Shown piece after piece: positions 10,207-19,743 of a stretch of 64,000 nucleotides of DNA. The stretch's first letter is position 1. Each line of letters opens with the position of its first letter. The stretch comes from Candidatus Bathyarchaeota archaeon (GTDB lineage: Archaea > Thermoproteota > Bathyarchaeia > Bathyarchaeales > Bathycorpusculaceae): contig CAVZJV010000014.1 of NCBI GenBank assembly GCA_963775685.1, positions 256,001 through 320,000 of the forward strand, read 5' to 3'. The position numbers were made by a program, and so were the translations under genes. The notes below the pieces were generated by a model. The model had not been told where the DNA came from. It did not search any database and saw only the letters and a program-made list of their open reading frames with translations.

Positions 10207-10601
10207 ATGCCGTTATTTGGAAGAAAAAATGAAGCGCAAAAAGTTCCCTTAAACAATGATGTTGTGATGAAATGTATATGAGGAATGTGCCCTGTACAGG
10301 CTCAAAGCGCCTGTTCTGTGCGTAAACTTAAGATGATGATGGATATGAAGAACAACATGGGTATGAAGGGTTCAGGTATGCTGCTGGTTCGATGGGTGCG
10401 ATGCCAGATCAGATGGGTGAGATGAAAATGCCCAAGCCCCAGGAGTTGCTCGGACCTTTCTGTTCAATTGGAAAAGCAGCCTGTAGCGACCTTGACAGAA
10501 ATAAATCTTGTATATGTCCCACATGCCAAGTCTACAAATAATTCAGCCTTGTTTCTGGTAAGCCCATAGAGCACTTCTGTTTCAACGATAGTGCAATCTA
10601 A
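10207..10601 (+). pseudogene. DUF2769-like Cys/Met-rich metal-binding protein, disrupted
   Basis: MPLFGRK...KCI*GMCPVQAQSAC, Met-rich linker, frameshift near 10380, then FCSIGKAACSDLDRNKSCICPTCQVYK*FSL...HFCFNDSAI; GGAGGTGA Shine-Dalgarno upstream. Confidence 0.7.
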
Positions 10602-10642
10602 AAATTAGACACTTTTCTAATTTTCTTTAAATTTTGATTAAT

Positions 10643-12646
10643 TTATGGATTTTTTCTGCGAAGCGTCTGACTATTAACTGCAACAATCACTGTACTAAGA
10701 GACATCAAAATCGCACCAACAGCTGGGTCAATGACTATGCCTAAACCTGAAAAGATGCCTGCCGCCAGCGGAATCGCAAAAATGTTGTATCCAGCTGCCC
10801 ACCAAAGGTTTTGCACCATCTTTGAATAGGTTCGCTTCGAAAAATCAATAACTTTTGACACATCACGCGAATCGTTTTTCACAAGAATTATGTCTGCGCT
10901 TTCGATGGCAACGTCTGTTCCTGCTCCAATCGCAAGTCCAACATCAGCCGTAACCAAGGCAGGAGCATCATTGATGCCGTCGCCTACCATTGCAACTCTA
11001 AAACCCTGAGCTTTCAAACCTTTGATTTTCTCAGCTTTCTGGTCAGGGAGCACCTCGGCAAAATAAGCATCAATGCCAAGCTCCTCTGCCACCGACTTTG
11101 CAACTTCCTTAGAATCACCCGTCAACATGTAAACCTTAATACCTCTTGCCTTCAACTCAGAAACAGCTTTGCGTGATTCCTCACGGACACTATCTGCAAG
11201 TGCAAAAACTCCAGCAAGTTCTCCTTCAACCACAACGTAAATTACGGTTTTTCCACTCTTTTGAAGTTTCAGAACTCTTTCGTCGGTTGTTTGGATGTTT
11301 AGCTCTTTTAGAAGGTTTAGGTTTCCAACGTAAACGTCTTTGCCGCTGACCTTTGCTTTTGCACCCTTGCCGGGGATAGCTTCAAAACTTTGGCTTTTAG
11401 GAATTATGATGCCTTTTGCTTCTGTGTACTTGACTATGGCTTTGGCTATGATGTGCTCGGAATTTTGCTCAACCGCCGCTGTCAAACTCAAAAGTTCCTT
11501 TTCCAAAACAAAAGATATTACGTCGCTGACTCCAAACTGCCCTGTGGTTAAGGTGCCTGTTTTATCGAAAACCACGGCATTTATGGTTTTTGCGTCTTCG
11601 AAGGCTTTTCTGTCTCTGATTAAGATGCCACTCTTCGCAGTTATCGATGTTGAGAGAGCAATCACAAGCGGTATCGCTAATCCAAGTGCATGGGGACACG
11701 CTATTACGAGCACTGTGACTGTTCGGTTTAAGGCGAATTGTACGTTTCCAATTAATGCCCAGATAGCAAAAGTTATGGCGCCAGCGGTTACTGCTACATA
11801 GAAGAGGAGCGCTGCCGCCCTGTTTGCGAGGTCTTGGGTTCGGGATTTGCTTTCTTGCGCCTGCCTAACAAGCTTAACCACTGAAGACAGGTAAGTTTCC
11901 TTGCCCGTCTTTTCAATCCTAACTTTTAATGACCCGTCGCCATTTACCGCTCCCCCAATCACCCCATCCGACAACTGTTTTAGCATAGGTTTAGATTCGC
12001 CAGTCAAAAATGCCTCATTAACAAACGATTCCCCATCAACAACCACACCATCCGAGGGCACCTTCTCGCCGGGACGAACCAAAACAACATAGCCCACCTG
12101 CAACTCAGAAACAGGCATATCCATAATCTGACCATCCATCACCATATGCGCCGTAGTCGGCATAATTTTAACAAGCTCCTCCAGGGCTCTTGACGCGCCC
12201 ATGATGCTTCTGGCTTCAATCCAATGCCCCAAAAGCATAACGTCGATTAGGGTGGCGAGTTCCCAGAAAAAATCGTTTCCAACGGGGAAAAAAACTGTGG
12301 CGGCTGAAAAGAAAAAGGAAACAGAGATTGCAGTGCCAATCAGAGTCATCATTCCGGGTTGGTGGGCTTTAATTTCTTGTGTTATTCCTTTAAGGAATGG
12401 CCATCCGCCATATACATAGATAATTAACGACAAAATCAAAAGAATGTAGGCTTGGTAGGGTAGCGTTAGGGCGTAGTCAAACCATGTTTGGATTCCGCCT
12501 GAGAGAATCAGAACTGGAATGCTAAGGGCGAGGCAAACAAAAAATTTTGTTTTTAATGATTTTGTATGCATGCTGTGTGTTGGAGCTTCATGGGTCATTC
12601 CCTTCATGTTCATCTGCTTTTGCACACTGTGGTTTTCATGTTTCAA
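10643..12646 (-). CDS. copB: Heavy-metal P1B-type ATPase, CopB-like
   Basis: His/Met-rich N-terminus, TGES, CPH intramembrane motif, DKTGT, GDGINDAPAL, YN and MSLST. Confidence 0.93.
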   Translation of the reverse strand: MKHENHSVQKQMNMKGMTHEAPTHSMHTKSLKTKFFVCLALSIPVLILSGGIQTWFDYALTLPYQAYILLILSLIIYVYGGWPFLKGITQEIKAHQPGMMTLIGTAISVSFFFSAATVFFPVGNDFFWELATLIDVMLLGHWIEARSIMGASRALEELVKIMPTTAHMVMDGQIMDMPVSELQVGYVVLVRPGEKVPSDGVVVDGESFVNEAFLTGESKPMLKQLSDGVIGGAVNGDGSLKVRIEKTGKETYLSSVVKLVRQAQESKSRTQDLANRAAALLFYVAVTAGAITFAIWALIGNVQFALNRTVTVLVIACPHALGLAIPLVIALSTSITAKSGILIRDRKAFEDAKTINAVVFDKTGTLTTGQFGVSDVISFVLEKELLSLTAAVEQNSEHIIAKAIVKYTEAKGIIIPKSQSFEAIPGKGAKAKVSGKDVYVGNLNLLKELNIQTTDERVLKLQKSGKTVIYVVVEGELAGVFALADSVREESRKAVSELKARGIKVYMLTGDSKEVAKSVAEELGIDAYFAEVLPDQKAEKIKGLKAQGFRVAMVGDGINDAPALVTADVGLAIGAGTDVAIESADIILVKNDSRDVSKVIDFSKRTYSKMVQNLWWAAGYNIFAIPLAAGIFSGLGIVIDPAVGAILMSLSTVIVAVNSQTLRRKNP

Positions 12647-12934
12647 AATTAAATGCCTCAGGCTTTAACTAATCGAATAAAAGCTAACTGAATATTATTG
12701 GGCGATTATTTAAATCTTGTAAAAATTCATGATACTCGCAAGCCACATTGCTTACTACCCAAATGATGAAAACGGCCCCTCATCCATTTTCCTTATTAGC
12801 CAATAATTAGTAATCGACTTTGCGTAAATCCTAATGCAAAAAGACTTGACACAATAAATTTTTTTTGTTCGCCGAGTCTAATTTAATTTAACAATGTAAA
12901 CGTAAAAAAAGAAAAACTTAGTAACTCATAGATA

Positions 12935-13290
12935 TTAAATGTATTTTCTGTGGGTAGAACCCACATCTTATGCTTCTTAGGAACTGAGTTGACAATTCAT
13001 CTGAGCCCTGTGTCTGAACCTGCCAAACGTTGACGGCGGTGTTTCCGCATCTTGGGCTTTTAACCCTGGATAGTTGGAAGTGTCACTAGTTCCTGCTCTT
13101 CTTTTCCGATGATGACAACAAACTGTTTAGGACTATGCGCGATGAATTTGCCGTTAACTTTGCTGCTAGTGTTTACTTAAAAATGCTTGTAATGTTTGCA
13201 TTTATTACAGGTTAACATGAGCATTGCTTGTTTTCCTGAATTTACCTTAATTGATTTTAGGGTTGAACCACATTCGGAACAAAATTCCAT
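12935..13290 (-). pseudogene. tfs: Transcription factor S (TFS/RpoM-like) pseudogene
   Basis: MEFCSECGS...CNKC, in-frame TAA at 13177-13179 and 13060-13062, frameshift, then PRCGNTAVNVWQVQTQGSDELSTQFLRSIRCGF; GGAGGT upstream. Confidence 0.85.
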
Positions 13291-13472
13291 ACAACTTACC
13301 TCCAATATTTTTCCAATTCAGCATCAAGTGCATGCCATCGCTGGTTGCACTCAATTAAACGTTGACTCAGCTGATGCTTCAAGATGTTATCAAATCTTAT
13401 GGAAAAACAATTAAAAGACAAAATTATAAAAAATAATTTGGTTGTAGAGCCACAACAACAAATGCTAAGGTA

Positions 13473-14135
13473 TCACCGATTTTTCTTTTTGTCTTTGGAT
13501 GTTTTTCTAGGCTTTAGCATAACTGTTGCTTTCTTAAGATCCAGCGTCGTGTTGACGTTAAAGAACGTCTTGAAATCAGGGTCCAACTGTTCAATCACCA
13601 TCGTCGACATATATCGTACGCCTCGCAACCTCTCTACCATCGCTTGCAAGTCCAATTCATCTTCAGCTAGTGCCTTCTTAGTAGCCTCCAACGCTTGTTT
13701 TGTACGATAAACAGCATGTAGGGGTTCAATCTCCTGATTTGTCCATCTTGGAACAACCGCTGCCTTACCTATGCAGCAATCAAAAAGCAAAGACAAAACC
13801 TCAGTGGAAACAAAGGGACTATCAAACGGTAGAAGCGCCGAGTACTCGCCCTTGGCTGCTTCAAACCCAGTTAAAGCTCCAACCAAAGGACCATTTGACT
13901 CACAAACATCAACCGCAAACCTTACTTTCTCGGAAACCAAGTTTGCATAAGTGTCTGCTCGCGCTTGGGTGTTCGTTACCACAATAACTTCCTCGACAAG
14001 CCTTTCCACGGCATCAATGACATGATTCAACAATGGTTTTCCATCCAACTGTAAAAAGCCTTTATCTGTGTTAAATCGTGTAGAGGAACCTCCTGCCAAA
14101 ATAATAGCTGACCTATCCAACAAATCCATCTCCAA
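13473..14135 (-). CDS. mobA: Molybdenum cofactor guanylyltransferase
   Basis: IILAGGSSTRFNTDKG, GPLVG, EPLHAVY, FFNVNT. Confidence 0.9.
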   Translation of the reverse strand: MEMDLLDRSAIILAGGSSTRFNTDKGFLQLDGKPLLNHVIDAVERLVEEVIVVTNTQARADTYANLVSEKVRFAVDVCESNGPLVGALTGFEAAKGEYSALLPFDSPFVSTEVLSLLFDCCIGKAAVVPRWTNQEIEPLHAVYRTKQALEATKKALAEDELDLQAMVERLRGVRYMSTMVIEQLDPDFKTFFNVNTTLDLKKATVMLKPRKTSKDKKKNR

Positions 14136-14205
14136 ACAGGAAATTCTAGCACGTGAAGTATTGTTTAAGCTTTTTTGTTAAATAAAATAGAAATAGAGTG
14201 AAGTT

Positions 14206-14991
14206 TTAGTTGACTTCGTTTGTCTCGATTTTCTTAGCCATCTCTGCAAGGATTTTTGTGAAGGGATGGTCGGGTTTGTCCTGGACAAAAATCAAGTTTC
14301 CCTCGGCCCTTAGAATTTCACAGAAGCACGGCACCATACCCAGCATTGGCACTTGATATTCCGCTTTGATTTTAGCTTGCATCTCTGTCTTCTTAGCGGT
14401 CACTGAGGCATCAAGCACTTTGTTTAGAACCAAACCCGTTTTCTTTTCGAACAGGTTATAGAGTTCAGCCAGCATGCGTTTTGTTCCGTCAACGTCAGAT
14501 CGGTCGCCTGTTGTTGCAACAACTACAAAGTCAGCAGCTACAATAGCATTGATGGAGGAATACTGGAGTCCAGGGCTGGTGTCAAAGATTAGGTAATCGA
14601 ATTTCTGGTCTTTAAGTAGCGTTTCTCTGAGTGCAAGTAGGCGTCCTAATGCGCGCATCTCCCATTTGCGGTCTTTCGATGACATGTCTCGGATTGCTTC
14701 AGTAGATGGGTTTGCTAAGACAGTATAGAACTTACCGTTAATGTTTCCAGTTATTCGGCTGCTTAAATCTATTAGAGTTTTGTCTATTTCGCAAGTATTA
14801 TTTAGATAATCGTTTAACCAAAAATCAGCGGTTGGGGTTTTAAGGATAGCAAATAAGCTTGGAGCTCGAAAGTCAAGGTCGAAGACACAAACTTTTTTAC
14901 CCATCTTGGCGAATGTGGCTGCTAAGTTTACGGACATGGAAGTTTTTCCTGTTCCACCTTTGTAGGAATGTACAGCGATTATCTTGCTCAT
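14206..14991 (-). CDS. MinD/ParA-family ATPase
   Basis: Deviant Walker A KGGTGKT, DLDFRAPSL, DTSPG, VLNK. Confidence 0.9.
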   Translation of the reverse strand: MSKIIAVHSYKGGTGKTSMSVNLAATFAKMGKKVCVFDLDFRAPSLFAILKTPTADFWLNDYLNNTCEIDKTLIDLSSRITGNINGKFYTVLANPSTEAIRDMSSKDRKWEMRALGRLLALRETLLKDQKFDYLIFDTSPGLQYSSINAIVAADFVVVATTGDRSDVDGTKRMLAELYNLFEKKTGLVLNKVLDASVTAKKTEMQAKIKAEYQVPMLGMVPCFCEILRAEGNLIFVQDKPDHPFTKILAEMAKKIETNEVN

Positions 14992-14996
14992 AGTGT

Positions 14997-15389
14997 TCAG
15001 CTCTGTGTCTCTCTTTCTATGAAGAAGTAGGCTTTCCTGCCTTTTCGCTCCTTCTTTAAGTAACCCATAATGACTAGTTGATTAAGGTAAGCGCTCTCCA
15101 CTGCTCTTGCCCTTGTGGTTTGCTCAGCGATCTCTTCAGCTGTTGCTCTGCCACATCTGCAAATACTCATAGCAGTCTTGCGCAGGTGATCTGGCATTGA
15201 TAGAAGGGTCATGACATCTAAAGATGCATCGGGCAAGGATAGCGTTGCAGTTTTTTGGTTGTTGCCTTTTCCGTTGCTCTTTTGGATTTCTATCATGATT
15301 TCCATTTTGTCGTTAAGTCTCTCGAGGCTTTCTTCTATTTTCTCTAGAATGTTTAGGGGTTTTTTGTTTGAAAGGTCATTTCTGATCAA
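14997..15389 (-). CDS. Coiled-coil plus C-terminal winged-helix protein
   Basis: Heptad region LEKIEESLERLNDKMEIMIE; wHTH-like ATAEEIAEQTTRARAVESAYLNQLVIMGYLKKERKGRKAYF; 5 nt from the ATPase start. Confidence 0.75.
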   Translation of the reverse strand: MIRNDLSNKKPLNILEKIEESLERLNDKMEIMIEIQKSNGKGNNQKTATLSLPDASLDVMTLLSMPDHLRKTAMSICRCGRATAEEIAEQTTRARAVESAYLNQLVIMGYLKKERKGRKAYFFIERETQS

Positions 15390-15561
15390 GATTAGTCCTC
15401 GAGTTGTTTTTCATTTGTACATGTGTACAGTTTGATAGCTAAGTGATTAGCTATTTATTAAGTCTTGCGACACTGTGATATTAATTTGAAATAAACAAAA
15501 CCAACAAAGAAATTAAAACAAGTGAAAATAAAATTTAACTGATAGAATATAGACAAGAAGT

Positions 15562-15855
15562 TTAATAGGGAATAGGCGTCTGAGTCCTTGATTCCTCTAC
15601 TATAGGCAAGACTTGCTTTAGTTCCCTAAAATACTTCAGAACAGTAATGCCGCGTTGGGTTACAGCGAAAACCACACGTGCTTTCCCAACAGTGCGTTCT
15701 TCAACTAAGCCCTGCTTTATGAGAAAGTCTAGGTATTCCTTAAGGATGCTGCAGTTAACGTTGGCTTTGTACATAACATGTGTTAACTTTAACGGTCCTC
15801 GGTGGGCAAGCACTGTAAGGATGTCTACATACATTTCAAGTTTTGATCGACGCAC
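15562..15855 (-). CDS. Winged helix-turn-helix transcription regulator (archaeal RRSKLE type)
   Basis: MRRSKLEMYVDIL...THVMYKANVN...YLDFLIKQGLV...VTQRG. Confidence 0.85.
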   Translation of the reverse strand: MRRSKLEMYVDILTVLAHRGPLKLTHVMYKANVNCSILKEYLDFLIKQGLVEERTVGKARVVFAVTQRGITVLKYFRELKQVLPIVEESRTQTPIPY

Positions 15856-15942
15856 TTTTGAATCCTCTTTTTTATTTTAATGCTCCGTTTTATTATAAAT
15901 CATTTATGTATTACTAATCAGTATTTTTGTCCATCTAAGCGC

Positions 15943-16122
15943 TCAGTTGGCATTTTTTTTGCTCGCGTTGTTTAACACATTTAATCTATTTTCGAATGCT
16001 GTAACCATATCATCTAGCAGTATTTCACGCAATTCTGTAGACAAATCGTTGATTTTTTCATCAAAAACGTTAGCTAATTTGGCTTCTAATTCTTTCCTAT
16101 CTTTTTCCGCAATTTGCTTCAT
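15943..16122 (-). CDS. Small helical hypothetical protein (paralog of 30077-30298)
   Basis: GGGAGG Shine-Dalgarno before ATG at 16122; clear paralog within the window. Confidence 0.75.
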   Translation of the reverse strand: MKQIAEKDRKELEAKLANVFDEKINDLSTELREILLDDMVTAFENRLNVLNNASKKNAN

Positions 16123-16455
16123 ATGGATATCCTCCCAATTCAATTGTCAACCAAGATGGCTGAAGGCGTATAACTTACTTATGAAAGCAACCTCTGAATC
16201 AGGAATTAATACCTAAAAACAAAACTTCGCTATTTAAGTCCAAATACTGAGCTTTTTTATGATCGTGTATTTTAGGGTTATTAGAGTAACTGTGCTAGGG
16301 TTTTGATAATAATTTATTTGTGTCATCGAAAAATACAACATTTTCTTGAAGACTTACACAGGTGTGTTTTGTCCTTCTTGACCAAAAATAAAAAATCATT
16401 GAAAATGCATTTTGATTCAGCAATTGATGTATAACTGTAGTTCTTATTGTTGTAT

Positions 16456-16499
16456 AGTTGTTGTTTGTTTACAATCACAAATAAATTTAAACAACAACT
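16456..16499. promoter_or_regulatory. 11-bp perfect inverted repeat AGTTGTTGTTT-N22-AAACAACAACT
   Basis: Read directly; lies in the long AT-rich region upstream of the wHTH/MinD cluster; function is inferred. Confidence 0.45.
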
Positions 16500-17233
16500 G
16501 CATATTTTTTCGTACAGAAGCTGAGCATTTATGAACGCTTGAACTTCTTACCGAGGTCATTTTTGTTGTTTTATCCTTTCAAAGAGAAATCTTGGAGTGT
16601 TTTTCTTGTCAAAGGGCGCGTCTCAAACGGTCAAGTCCGAGCGGACCGATGCGAAAACTGCAAATCGACAACACAGGTCTTAGCAACCAACTGCAACAAT
16701 CCCAACCTACTATTGTACGGCTGCAAAGATAGCAAATGCAGACACCAGCTTCTGCGCCTAAATTTTGAAGCCTAAGGAAGTAATCTGCCTCGAAGAATTT
16801 GTCCTGTTTTTTAGTTATCTTCTTTTTGGTTTCCTTGTTTTTAGTCCATCGCCGATGGGTTTGTCACCAGTAAAAAAAGCAGCAGGAAAAAAGTTTTAGC
16901 CGTTCTAAATGTAAGGTACTTCTTCGTAAACAAAGAGGAGAAAAATGCAGGAAATGCTGACTACAAAAGAGATTGTCCCGTTTAATTTACTGAAGTATAT
17001 CGCTAAAGGTGAAAACATTGATGTTTCAAAGTGATTGTTATGCGTGTGAGGTGCCTTGAAACGTGTTTTCAAGATGGCTGAGATTTAGAAAATCAGGGAA
17101 GACCGTTTTCACTTATTGAGATTGATTGTCGGAAAAACACGAAAAGATGTTAACTAAACTGCTTGTGAAAATGTATTAAATGTTTCATTTGGCACTGAAA
17201 AGTTGAAAAATAGTTTTATGCTAAAAGAATTGA

Positions 17234-17311
17234 TGGTGCGGTCGCCGAGATTTGAACCCGGGTCGTCAGCGTGGCAGGCTGATGTCCTAGACCAAACTAG
17301 ACTACGACCGC
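17234..17311 (-). tRNA. tRNA-Gly(GCC), CCA encoded
   Basis: GCGGTCG acceptor stem, anticodon arm TCAGC-CTGCCAC-GCTGA, T arm CCGGG-TTCAAAT-CTCGG, ACCA end. Confidence 0.97.
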
Positions 17312-17389
17312 CCTGCTCTAGTCTAGGGTACTGTGGCGATGCTAAGTTGCTTTGGTCTTTATTTGTTTTTCCAACTGAAATTGTCGTCA

Positions 17390-18250
17390 TCATTCGTTAG
17401 CTACCTGTTTTTTGTAGATCTTAACGCCTGGTTCCCAATTGGTAATCATATATGAAGCCTGCGTTAGTTAGTTTCAGTGCTTCTTCGAGTGTCCTTGCGA
17501 TTGCAGTTATCCATTTTTCATCTGGCTGGGCGATTGCTTCTGATAAGCTAACGTATAATTGAGCGGAACTCCAGCTTTTGTGGCCAAGTTGAACCATTAC
17601 GTGAGCGAGGCTTCTGGTTTTAATGTAAACTGTTGTTCCTTTCCGATATCGAAGTGTGTGAAAATGGATCTTTAGTAAGCGTTGATTGCCAGTGTTTGCT
17701 ACGATTCGTTTACGCATCCTTCTGAAGGATTTGCCGATGTAAGCTTTTTTCTTCTAGGCGAATACTATAGCTTTTGGGTCAGGTACTGTTGTTTTTTGAA
17801 GAGAAATCAGTAGCCGTAGTAGTTTTTCTAATATTCTGTTAAAGCGTGGGTTACTCCCTTTTTCAGGTCTAATGGATATTGTTTTAGCAACTTCGTCTAT
17901 GTCTGTCCAGGTTAATCGATAGGCTTCTCCTGCTCGGGCGCCTGTTTCTTTCAAAAGTTGCAGAAAAATTGACATTTGTTTGCAGTAGTTTGCGTATCCG
18001 GTAATTAACTGGTCTATTTCGGCTTCAAGCGGAATGAACGGTAGTGTACGAATATAGGAATATGTAGGCAGGTCACCTTTGATTCCAGCAAAATTCATGA
18101 AGGATCTGTAGGCTTTTAGGAGGTTGCATTTTTCAGGGGTTAGTCTTTGACTGTAGAGTTTTAGTTAGGGTTGTTTTGACGCTTTCTTGGTCGAAGAGGG
18201 TTACTCCATTGTTTATGTAAAATTCAATCCTGTACCAGTAAAGGTCGTAT
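17390..18250 (-). pseudogene. Tyrosine recombinase/integrase remnant
   Basis: LPFIPLEAEID, ETGARAGE (R), PEKGSNPR (K), HFHTLR, LGH, Y, and C-terminal ARTLEEALKLTNAGF; internal stop at 17754, frameshifts and an eroded N-terminus. Confidence 0.88.
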
Positions 18251-18410
18251 GAGTCTCTTGCGCTCCCTTACTATGAAATATGGTTACCCCCACACAAACA
18301 AGAAAAAGTCGCCTTATTGCTTTCCAAAGAGTTTTTAAGTGTATATTGATTTAGTTTAACCAGGGTTTTTTATAAGGTTGAAAATTTTGATCTCGAAGAT
18401 TTTAATATGA

Positions 18411-18692
18411 TTGATATGGGAGCAAAAAAGTTCTCGTTTCATTATCAGCGTTGATAAGGGTGAATTAGTAAAAGGTGAGTTAATACATAAGAAAACAAGT
18501 TTGATTTCAGTTGAGATAAATGAAGCGTTCAGGATTTTGGCAAGGTCTTTGCGAGTGAGTATACCTGATGCCTTGAAGAATTTGCCGCCCTATGATTTTT
18601 ATGCCGTGGAAAATACAGATTTTGGAAGCAAGTTTTGGACCAATACAGGTAAAACAAATTTGTTGGTAATAAAACATAAACTGGAGTTATGA
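18411..18692 (+). CDS. Hypothetical protein
   Basis: 93-aa ORF between the integrase remnant and the second tRNA; no recognised motif. Confidence 0.35.
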   Translation: MIWEQKSSRFIISVDKGELVKGELIHKKTSLISVEINEAFRILARSLRVSIPDALKNLPPYDFYAVENTDFGSKFWTNTGKTNLLVIKHKLEL

Positions 18693-18695
18693 CAG

Positions 18696-18769
18696 TGCGG
18701 GAACCGGGATTTGAACCCGAGTCCTAGACTTGGCAAGCCTATGTACTAACCAAGCTGTACTATTCCCGC
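18696..18769 (-). tRNA. tRNA-Gly(GCC), second divergent copy, CCA not encoded
   Basis: GCGGGAA/TTCCCGC acceptor, GTAC D stem, TAGGC-TTGCCAA-GTCTA anticodon arm, TCGGG-TTCAAAT-CCCGG T arm, A discriminator. Confidence 0.92.
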
Positions 18770-19743
18770 ATGTAGCGCTCAACGCCACAATCTAACCACT
18801 TCCTATACTTGTATGTTTCTTAGTTTTTAGAGACTTTTCTATATTTTCTAATAGGGTTGATATTATATCTTCTGACAATTTCATCAGGGACTGCCCCAGT
18901 GTATTTAATGGTTAAAACTAATTAACAAGTAATACTCAAATGTCAGAGCAAAAATTATTACTCGAATTTTCCACCGCACATAGGATGTACTGTAACATAA
19001 CGCTACCATTTTATAAAAGAGCTATGTCTCTTAATTTTTTCATCTTTTTCAAGCGTTCTGAACACTCAACATGATTTCTCGTCTCAGTAGAAATTATATT
19101 TTGGAATCATCTGACGAAAGAGCCTGACGTTGGTCTGCTTTATCTTTGACTTATCTTAACTTTCTTTTGAGGTTCTATTAGCATGCCGAGTTGTTAAAGC
19201 ATGTACAAGCAGTTTTCTGGTGCATAACAATTATAGTGATTATTCAAAAATCCGAGAACCTATTTCACCGATTTAAATTAAGCATTCGCATGATTTCAAG
19301 ATCTTAAATTTCAGCCAGCTACCCGTTCTAAGCCCCTCTTTCATAGACACTATTTTTCCTTCTGCAAAACCCACTGACAGAATTGTTCCCCTTTCTCCTC
19401 GAGGTAATCATTGACGAACTATAAGCTAGCCATCTTTTAACGAATATTTAAGAATCGCTTTTCTTTCCATCAAAGGCTAATCAATCATAGGTTTGAGTCT
19501 TTTTTCTAAAATATTAAATAAAATATACGTTGCCTCGGTGGAATGTTGGTGCTTCTTTGATGGAATCCACTCCTTCCTTTTAAAAAGCTTAATAGACTTA
19601 ACAAGCAGAGTCTTGTAAAAATTCATTAAGCATCAAGAAATTGTAAACTTGAGCGCTTTAATAAATTAGTTAAACGATGCGACTTCTACCCAAGAGCGCC
19701 AAGTAAGTTACATTTAGAGGAGAACAAGATCAAGGAGAAAAAA

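Noticed and set aside
10279-10281. In-frame TGA at a Cys-equivalent position (KCI*GMCP), suggesting selenocysteine
   Set aside because: The same gene also has a frameshift and an in-frame TAA, and I saw no SECIS-like hairpin; simple decay is more parsimonious.
12949-13150. GC-richer stretch with small hairpins resembling a riboswitch or ncRNA near mobA and copB
   Set aside because: Explained by the C-terminal half of the minus-strand TFS pseudogene; no Moco or other riboswitch consensus.
17154-17400. ORFs 17154-17393 (-) and 17203-17400 (+)
   Set aside because: They overlap the tRNA-Gly gene and are spurious translations.
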